DNA of 49,454 nucleotides from a virus. Lineage: Duplodnaviria > Caudoviricetes. Location: the IMG/VR virus record IMGVR_UViG_3300036783_000353, positions 1 to 49,454 of that record; one strand, 5' to 3'. The translations under genes were made by a program, and so were the position numbers. Position 1 is the stretch's first letter. The number at the start of each line of letters is the position of its first letter. The notes under the pieces are model-generated. The model had not been told where the DNA came from and made no database searches. It was given only the letters and a program-made list of their open reading frames with translations. Shown one piece after another: positions 42,853 through 49,454 of this stretch.

Positions 42853-45178
42853 AAAAGCTTTATTCATTCTTTACGCAATTCCAAACGAGGAATTCGTTGA
42901 GGAGACCGGCGCAGTAAAAACCACCCTTTCCTTCCATGCCGCCAATATCAGGCAGGCGCGCGCCAAAGCAGCGATGCTTTTTGTTGAGCAGTACCCTGAC
43001 GCAGGCGACGATGATTTCAAACTCGTTGTGCTGGAAGACGCGCCGCACCTTCCGCGCGGTGAAGTCGATGTTTGGGACGAGCTGATCCTGTCCGATTACG
43101 AATGGGACGACGAGATGGGGCTGCCAGTCACCATCGAAACCGACGAGCCGGAGTATGTCGATTTCGGCAAGCTTTCCGCGACAATGAAGGCTTGTGTACT
43201 GGTGAAGTTTCAGACTACCGAAATCACGAAGGATCAGCTGCCTGCAGCTCTTGAACTGACGCAGGACGAGTCGCACACATTCCAGGGCCATATCGTGGAA
43301 GCGCTCAGCAAAATGCCTCCCATTATGGCGATGTACCCAGAGCGGATTCTTGAAGCAATCAGCTTCGTGTTTGAAAAATGCTCCACAACTAAAAAATGGC
43401 CTGAAATCAAAGCACAACTCGCTAACTGGCTCAAAGAGCACGAGAAAGAGCGGAAAGACTCTGCAGAAGATGCAGAACGTAAAGAGGTGATCGCCGCCGC
43501 AACAGCTACGGCATACGCAGGCCGCTCGTATGAGCACTCCTACCGCACCCTCAATAAAGAGATCGCTTACGCCCTCTGGTCTGGTGATATCGATCCAGCC
43601 AAAACTGACCCATCAATTTCTCGTTGGGCTGACGGCATAATCAAAGATGATCGCGAGGACTGGAAACGCTGGTCTGCTTTGATTGTTATTCAGGAAAATA
43701 TTCTGGCATTCGACCGCCCGACTATTTTCAGCATGGTTCGTAACGCACCGAAACCCGATATTTATAAATTCCCATCCGAACTTAAAGCCTATGTAACTGC
43801 ATACCTGGCCGATCACGGCGTACTCGAAGGAGGTAATGATGAGAAAGCCGAACAGAAACCGCAGAACGCGGCTGGCGCACTGGCAGATGCGCCGCAGGAG
43901 ACTGGCGCAGTGGATTCTCAACAATCTGATGAGCAGTCTAAGAAAGCGCCGGAAGAATTAACCGAGCGTCAGGGGCCGTTTTATTACCGCACGGTTGCTG
44001 GCGATAAAATTGGTCGCGCCAACAAGCTGGCTGGCCTGACAAAAGCTTTGTCAGAAGGTTGCACTGAGATAAGTCAGGAAGAATACCAGGCGCGCAAAAC
44101 TGGCACATTCGATAACAGTGAAAAAGGCCACCCCGACCAGGCGGGGACAATGCAGGAACCCACCATACAAAAAGACGATCTCGGGCGTTTCTCAGTAGAG
44201 GGTTTGGCTGGGGGACATCTGCAGGTTAACGAACATCACCATTCAAACGAAGTGGAAAAACCGGAAATCGAAAACGCTCCGGTGCCAGATACGGATAAAC
44301 CAGTAACAGATTTTCAGAGCGTTGGTGCAAGCCTCGAAAAAGACCTGCAGGAGAAGCCGGAGGAAGCTCTGGACAACCTCAAATTGTGGCGCCGCGTTAT
44401 GCGCACAGATCCGCGCTTCACAAAAGACATTACGGGCGCTGGCTTCGATGGTACCAGCGTAAACGCAGAGTACATGATCATGCGTGCAACCGAACTCTTC
44501 GGGCCGCTGGGTAGCGGATGGGGCTATGAAATCCAGGAAGAAAAATTCCTACCCGGTGCCCCGCTTTCTGAGCCTGTCGTGGTGGATGGGAAAACGAGCT
44601 ACCGCATGTTACGCGATGCCGACGGCACCCTGATCACCGAGCAGCATCACAGCATCCGGATCCGCCTGTGGTATTCAACCGAAGAAAACGATGGGTCCGT
44701 AATTGCCTACGGTGCAACCCCCTACATGTATAAAACCAACACCAAAGGCATTAAGTGCGACGGGGAAGCGCCGAAAAAATCACTGACCGACGCGATCAAA
44801 AAAGCGCTTTCTATGCTCGGCTTTAGTGCCGATGTATGGCTCGGCATGTACGACAAACCCGAATACGTGGCCGAGGTCGGCGTGGAGTTCGGCATCAAGA
44901 CCGCCAGCGAAAAAGCAGAGGACACCACCCGCCTTCGTAATGAACTCGACGAGAAACTTACCCGAGTTGCCAACACCATCGAGACCTCCGTCAGCACCAA
45001 CGAGGCGAAGAAGGTATTCGACACCATTGCTCGAGAAGTCGAGGTACACCGCAAGGCTGCAGACGCTAAGGGCGATACAGAGCACGCAAAATACCTGGCT
45101 GGCCGCCTGCGCCGTCTGTCTCAAATTAAAGATCAACGCATCAAAACATTAACTGAAAATCAGGAGCAATCAGCATGA
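42845..45178 (+). CDS. RecE(ExoVIII)-N-like region fused to a Rad52/Sak-like annealase domain
   Basis: RecE-like N-terminus (TLNKEIAYALW, I.KDDREDWKRWS, FDRPTIF..VR.AP); C-terminal ATELFGP.G.GWG...EAPKKSLTDAIKKALSMLGFSADV Rad52-like motif. Confidence 0.7.
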   Translation: MNEKALFILYAIPNEEFVEETGAVKTTLSFHAANIRQARAKAAMLFVEQYPDAGDDDFKLVVLEDAPHLPRGEVDVWDELILSDYEWDDEMGLPVTIETDEPEYVDFGKLSATMKACVLVKFQTTEITKDQLPAALELTQDESHTFQGHIVEALSKMPPIMAMYPERILEAISFVFEKCSTTKKWPEIKAQLANWLKEHEKERKDSAEDAERKEVIAAATATAYAGRSYEHSYRTLNKEIAYALWSGDIDPAKTDPSISRWADGIIKDDREDWKRWSALIVIQENILAFDRPTIFSMVRNAPKPDIYKFPSELKAYVTAYLADHGVLEGGNDEKAEQKPQNAAGALADAPQETGAVDSQQSDEQSKKAPEELTERQGPFYYRTVAGDKIGRANKLAGLTKALSEGCTEISQEEYQARKTGTFDNSEKGHPDQAGTMQEPTIQKDDLGRFSVEGLAGGHLQVNEHHHSNEVEKPEIENAPVPDTDKPVTDFQSVGASLEKDLQEKPEEALDNLKLWRRVMRTDPRFTKDITGAGFDGTSVNAEYMIMRATELFGPLGSGWGYEIQEEKFLPGAPLSEPVVVDGKTSYRMLRDADGTLITEQHHSIRIRLWYSTEENDGSVIAYGATPYMYKTNTKGIKCDGEAPKKSLTDAIKKALSMLGFSADVWLGMYDKPEYVAEVGVEFGIKTASEKAEDTTRLRNELDEKLTRVANTIETSVSTNEAKKVFDTIAREVEVHRKAADAKGDTEHAKYLAGRLRRLSQIKDQRIKTLTENQEQSA
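43836..43961 (+). CDS. Nested 41-aa Arg-rich peptide (+1 frame)
   Basis: AAGGAGGT SD then ATGATG; MMRKPNRNRRTRLAHWQMRRRRLAQWILNNLMSSLRKRRKN*. Confidence 0.5.
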   Translation: MMRKPNRNRRTRLAHWQMRRRRLAQWILNNLMSSLRKRRKN

Positions 45179-45678
45179 GCCAGAACACTACCGCCATTTC
45201 AATCGCCGCCAATATGACCAACCTGCTTGCCCTGGTTGAAAACGGTGAATTCACTTTCGAAGATATCGCCGACACGCTGGAAGGCGAAGAGCTGGCGCTG
45301 GGCGATAAATTCGATGGGATCATGTCGCTGGTCCGTAACTTAGAAGGCCAGGCCAACACCGTAGGCGACGAAGTCAAACGACTTAGCGACCGCAAAAAGT
45401 CTTTCGAAACTCAGGCCAAAAACCTGAAAACCTACATCCTGTCATGTCTGCAGGCAGCAGAACTCAAAACGTTTAAGACAGAACGCAACACACTCACGGT
45501 GCGCAAGGGTTCTATTTCTGTGGTGATCGATAACGTTGATCAGTTACCCGACGAGCTTGTAGACGTAGCCACAGTCGTTTCGCCTGATAAGAAAAAAATC
45601 AAAGAAGCTATTGAGGCTGGCGAAGAAGTTAAAGGCGCGCATCTGGAAACCGGCGCGGAATCCCTGCAGGTCCGTTAA
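45175..45678 (+). CDS. Siphovirus Gp157 family protein
   Basis: IADTLEG, EVKRLSDRKKSFE...NLKTYI, PDKKKIKEAIEAGEEVKGAHLE.G.ESLQVR. Confidence 0.9.
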   Translation: MSQNTTAISIAANMTNLLALVENGEFTFEDIADTLEGEELALGDKFDGIMSLVRNLEGQANTVGDEVKRLSDRKKSFETQAKNLKTYILSCLQAAELKTFKTERNTLTVRKGSISVVIDNVDQLPDELVDVATVVSPDKKKIKEAIEAGEEVKGAHLETGAESLQVR

Positions 45679-45710
45679 TTGAGGGCGGCCCTCCGGGGCC
45701 GCAATAAACC

Positions 45711-46121
45711 ATGACCAGAAAAGACAAAATCACCAATTTTTTATTTCGCAATCCTCGCTCGATCATTTCCGTTATTGCCGATGCAGCTGCGACCGATAAC
45801 AGCCAGTGCAGCAACACCCTGAGCAAGCTGGTTAGCGAGGGTAAGGTAATTCGGGAGAAGAACGGGCTGGTGAGCTATTACTCTGTTTCACCGAATTATG
45901 AGCCGGTACCGGAAACCCTTCCATACGTCCCGACGGTTTCCACTGACGAAATGATCCGACAGGAAAAAGTTGTCGCTGATTTAGAGCAGCGGGGACTCTG
46001 GCGCCGCGCGATCACTGAACTGGCCCGGCTTGCTGATATGCAGTGTACATCTATCGGCGTGGCAATCGTCGCCCAGCGCCGCAACCACTGCAGGAATAAG
46101 CTGAGGTTGAAATCATGCTGA
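45711..46121 (+). CDS. wHTH + PerC-like regulator
   Basis: N-terminal winged HTH; LEQRGLWRRA...AQRRNHC PerC motif. Confidence 0.75.
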   Translation: MTRKDKITNFLFRNPRSIISVIADAAATDNSQCSNTLSKLVSEGKVIREKNGLVSYYSVSPNYEPVPETLPYVPTVSTDEMIRQEKVVADLEQRGLWRRAITELARLADMQCTSIGVAIVAQRRNHCRNKLRLKSC

Positions 46122-46336
46122 GGGAAAGAGAAAGGCAATTTCACGACCTTCCGCCCTGCTCATGCGGCGCGCCTGCCACATTACGCGGACGGTATGCAAC
46201 CGAGGCCGGGCGGCTTACATGGTATTACCGCGTTGAATGCAATCACAGCACCTGCACAAAGGGCGTGATCCTGCTGGGCGATATCTGGACACGCCAGAAC
46301 GCGCTGGATGCCTGGCAGCGTGAAGTAATTAAGTGA
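46115..46336 (+). CDS. Lar-like Zn-finger protein
   Basis: LPPCSCGAPA...YYRVEC.HSTC...A.DAW.R. Confidence 0.6.
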   Translation: MLRERERQFHDLPPCSCGAPATLRGRYATEAGRLTWYYRVECNHSTCTKGVILLGDIWTRQNALDAWQREVIK

Positions 46337-46399
46337 TTATCGATAATCAGTTGTGATCCCCGGTCAGCGGTAATCTGCTGGCCGGTGATGGGGTGACTC

Positions 46400-46618
46400 A
46401 TGCCGCAGATCATTTTTAACAAAGAATGGGTAGTTGAAGCGGAGCTCACGGCGTTAACCGGCCTGAGCGAAAACCAGATAAAAGCACTTCGCAGCGGTAG
46501 CGGCCCCTGGCTTGAGGGTATTCACTTCAAGCGTCAGGCGATGAGGGGAAGCGACACGAAACGCGGTCTGCTCTGGTACAACTTCCCCCGCATAAATCAG
46601 TTAGTGCAGGAGCTGTAA
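46400..46618 (+). CDS. xis: Excisionase
   Basis: EWVVE.EL.ALTGL....IKALR...WLEGIHFKR...LWYNFPRINQ; overlaps the integrase start. Confidence 0.85.
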   Translation: MPQIIFNKEWVVEAELTALTGLSENQIKALRSGSGPWLEGIHFKRQAMRGSDTKRGLLWYNFPRINQLVQEL

Positions 46619-47898
46619 TGTCTTTTCCCACCGGCGTCGAGTTACACAACGGCAAAATTCGCATTTCGTTCATCTATCGCGGCACCCGTTGCCGCGAAGT
46701 GCTGAAAGGCTGGGTAGCCAGCAGCGCGAATATAAAAAAGGCGGGCAACCTGCGCGCGCTCATCGTCAGTGAGATACAGCTCGGACAGTTCGATTACGCC
46801 CAGCGCTTCCCGGACTCCAAAGCGATCGGTAAATTTACGTCAACTCGTGTGGCTTACACCTGGGAGCAATTGGTGGAATTGTGGACCGATGCGAAGGAAG
46901 AGGATGTGTCGAAAAATACTATGGTACGTATGCAGGCACAGCTTAAAACAATGAACCGGATTATCGGTGAAAATACGTTGATAGCAGACATCACGCACAG
47001 CGACATGATGCAGTACAGAAAGGAGTTACTGAAGGGAGAGAGTTTTTACGCAGAGGGCAACAAGAGGAAAAAAACAGGCCGTAGCGTGAACACCGTCAAC
47101 GATTATATCTCGCTGACCTGCCAGATTTTACGCTTCGCGCACCGCAGCCGCTTTATCAGTGATAAGCCGTTCGAACACATCACGAAGTTGCACAAAGACC
47201 GTACGAAGCCTGATCCGCTTCTGAGGGATGAATACGCAACAATGATGCTGGCCATCACCGGGCAGGATCGCAATATGTGGCAATTCGCCATTAATGCCGG
47301 GCCCCGCCACGGCGAGCTGGCGGCGCTCTCCTGGAATGATGTGAATTTAGAAGCCGGGACCGTTCACATACAGCGCAACCTGACGGCACAGGGCGATTTC
47401 GTACCACCGAAAACAAAAGCCGGTGACCGGGTGATCACCCTGCTCGCCCCCGCACTCGATGCGCTACGTGCTCAGTACGCACTGACGGGCCACCTGCCGC
47501 CAACCGAAATCACGCAGCATTTCCGGGAATACGGCAAAACAGAACTGCAGCAGCATCGTTTCGTATTTCTGCCTGGGCTTGCCTCCGGGAAACCTGGTAA
47601 TTTTTTATCCACCCAGTCGATTACCGACCGATGGGACATTTCAGTGAAAAAGGCGAAGATCCGCCGCCGCACCCCGTATCAATCACGCCACACGTTCGCG
47701 TGCTGGGCGCTGGCCGCTGGAGCCAACCCGTCATTCATCGCAAGCCAGCTCGGGCATGAGGACGCGGAAATGGTCTACCGTGTGTATTCAGCGTGGATCA
47801 AAGAGTTCGACGGGGAGCAGGTGGAAATGCTGAACCGCAATTTAGGCTTTGCCCCCATAGTGTCCCCGAATGGAAAAATCAGCAGGATTAACCAGTAA
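46618..47898 (+). CDS. int: Tyrosine integrase with Arm-binding N-domain
   Basis: PTGVELHNGKIRI.F.YRG.RCRE; catalytic R (GPRHGEL), K (PPKTKAG), YQSRHTFA, LGH, VY. Confidence 0.97.
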   Translation: MSFPTGVELHNGKIRISFIYRGTRCREVLKGWVASSANIKKAGNLRALIVSEIQLGQFDYAQRFPDSKAIGKFTSTRVAYTWEQLVELWTDAKEEDVSKNTMVRMQAQLKTMNRIIGENTLIADITHSDMMQYRKELLKGESFYAEGNKRKKTGRSVNTVNDYISLTCQILRFAHRSRFISDKPFEHITKLHKDRTKPDPLLRDEYATMMLAITGQDRNMWQFAINAGPRHGELAALSWNDVNLEAGTVHIQRNLTAQGDFVPPKTKAGDRVITLLAPALDALRAQYALTGHLPPTEITQHFREYGKTELQQHRFVFLPGLASGKPGNFLSTQSITDRWDISVKKAKIRRRTPYQSRHTFACWALAAGANPSFIASQLGHEDAEMVYRVYSAWIKEFDGEQVEMLNRNLGFAPIVSPNGKISRINQ

Positions 47899-47999
47899 AT
47901 TCAAGGTGTTGAGGGGTTATTTTGTTACTGTAGGGGGGTATAGTAGCCGATTTATCTTCGAGATGAAAATCTGAATGATGGGTCCGATATATAAACGGT

Positions 48000-48029
48000 A
48001 AAAACCTGGCCGTCAGCGGCCAGGTTTTT
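48000..48029. terminator. Bidirectional terminator downstream of the MFS gene
   Basis: AAAAACCTGGCCG-TCAG-CGGCCAGGTTTTT. Confidence 0.9.
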
Positions 48030-48056
48030 GTCGACAATCATACTACCGGTTACAGT

Positions 48057-49454
48057 CTACTTCCCGGCATTCCTCGGTACCATAATGAGGACCGCGATAA
48101 ACGACAGCAGGCAAAACAACACGTTGACCAGCAGGCCGATTGTCGCTGCCGTCGCACCACCAGAGGAGAGCAGCGCCGTATAGACAGAAGCAGAAATAGC
48201 CACTCCGAATGCGCCGCCAAGAGAGCTGGCCATTTTGTATATCCCGGAGGCAATGCCGACTTTATCCGCTGGCGCATTAGAAATAGCTGTGTCCGTGGAG
48301 GGCGTGGCATAAAATCCGAGGCCCAGACCAAACAGGATGTAGCCCAGCAGCACAGCTACGACGTACGCTGTGTTTGATAAAAAGGTGAGCGCCATTAAAG
48401 CAATGCCAATTCCCGTCATAAAACTCCCTAACAGCATAGGCTTTTTGGCACCGATTTTTTGCAGCAATTTTTCTCCCACTCTGATCATCGCCAGTACCGC
48501 AATCAAATAACCAATGGTCAGCATACCGGACTGAAAAGCCGTAAATCCCCGAATTTGCTGAACGTACAAACTCGCCACCAGTAGCGTTCCCGCCGCTGCG
48601 TTAAGCATAAAGTTAGAAAACGTTGCCGCCGCATAAGGTTTATTTTTAAACAAAGACAAATCGATAAACCCGTTCTGCCTTTTAAAATAACTCTCTTTGC
48701 CAAATACAATCGCTGACACCACAAATACGGCAAACAAGATCAGCATCGGCTGACTTTTCCAGCCCAGAGTACTGCCTTTAGTAATGATCAGGTTAAGAGA
48801 GATGAGCATTACCACAAATGCGCACAGGCCTAAATAGTCGAAGCGATGTCTCCCCTTCTCGACAACTTTACTTTCTGGCGTACCGTGAATTAACAACATC
48901 CCCACTAAGGCGCAAATAATCGAAAAAATAAATATCCATTTCCAGCCCATCGATGTCGCAACCGCCCCGCCAAACAGTGAGCAGATGCCCGAACCTCCCC
49001 ACGAACCAATAGACCAGAAGCTCAATGCTCGCTGACGCGCCTTTCCCTCATAATAGGTCTTCATCAACGCCAGCGTGGCGGGCATAATACAGGCTCCGGA
49101 AAGCCCCTGAACCACTCTTCCAGCGGCAAAAATCACCGTGTTGCTGGCGAAAATAATAAGCAAACAGCCCACAATACTTAAAACAAACCCAATATAAGTC
49201 ATTTTGACCCGGCCAATTTTATCTGCGACAGCACCGGCCACCACAATAAAACAGCCCGATAAGAGTGAAGTCAGACTGATGGCCAGATTTAATGAGGCTG
49301 ACGGAATATTAATGTCCTGTTGAATAGCAGGGACAATATTCATCATAGATTGAGCAAATAACCAGAACGTTAATACACCTAACACAATACCCAGTGTCAG
49401 GCGATCATTCCCTTTAAATTGTACCTGAGTGACGTTGTATCCTATTGAAGACAT
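48057..49454 (-). CDS. Host MFS transporter (14-TM DHA2/NorB-like)
   Basis: GAVADKIGRVK motif A, GRVVQGLSGA, WKWIF, many TM helices. Confidence 0.9.
   Translation of the reverse strand: MSSIGYNVTQVQFKGNDRLTLGIVLGVLTFWLFAQSMMNIVPAIQQDINIPSASLNLAISLTSLLSGCFIVVAGAVADKIGRVKMTYIGFVLSIVGCLLIIFASNTVIFAAGRVVQGLSGACIMPATLALMKTYYEGKARQRALSFWSIGSWGGSGICSLFGGAVATSMGWKWIFIFSIICALVGMLLIHGTPESKVVEKGRHRFDYLGLCAFVVMLISLNLIITKGSTLGWKSQPMLILFAVFVVSAIVFGKESYFKRQNGFIDLSLFKNKPYAAATFSNFMLNAAAGTLLVASLYVQQIRGFTAFQSGMLTIGYLIAVLAMIRVGEKLLQKIGAKKPMLLGSFMTGIGIALMALTFLSNTAYVVAVLLGYILFGLGLGFYATPSTDTAISNAPADKVGIASGIYKMASSLGGAFGVAISASVYTALLSSGGATAATIGLLVNVLFCLLSFIAVLIMVPRNAGK

Larger units (their letters stand above)
593..47898. 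mobile_element. Temperate prophage (contractile-tail morphogenesis module, Qin/lambdoid-type early region)
   Basis: Contiguous tail, head, terminase, lysis, Q, replication, immunity, recombination, xis and int modules in canonical order. The right end lies between the integrase and a host MFS gene. The left end is unresolved and 1..577 may also belong to it. Confidence 0.95.

Noticed and set aside
42860-43537. 225-aa minus-strand ORF
   Set aside because: Antisense shadow of the recombination gene.
47899-48000. attR core with a matching attL
   Set aside because: By eye I found no direct repeat shared with 448-592. The other att site is probably outside the window, and an exact repeat search on flanking sequence is needed.

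Overview
Almost the whole window (about 0.6-47.9 kb) is one apparently near-complete temperate myovirus-type prophage of an enterobacterium, followed by a host MFS transporter (48057-49454). The integrase is at the right end. The left attachment site was not found and may lie outside the window. The early region is Qin-like: a DicA-type repressor with no self-cleavage domain, DicC-type Cro, a YdaT/CII-like protein, a replication initiator and a DnaC-like loader. The late region on the minus strand runs Q, lysis, packaging, head, contractile tail, baseplate, tail fibre. The most notable content is: (1) a translationally coupled late trio of Maf/GT42-like transferase, GT9-like transferase and SAM methyltransferase (24842-26902), a candidate virion or surface glycosylation system; (2) a ParB / TAGT(GREB1-like) glycosyltransferase / HTH / terminase cassette whose ParB gene is broken by an exact 7-bp tandem duplication; (3) a LexA box controlling a Rem-like antirepressor, which would explain SOS induction of a non-cleavable repressor; (4) an AT-rich hotspot with two HTH/ImmA-IrrE modules, one RosmerTA-like and one followed by a Cys-rich micropeptide; (5) an Arg-rich ORF nested inside a RecE-N/Rad52-like fusion gene. 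All family calls come from motif recognition, recalled sequences and synteny. No searches were run.
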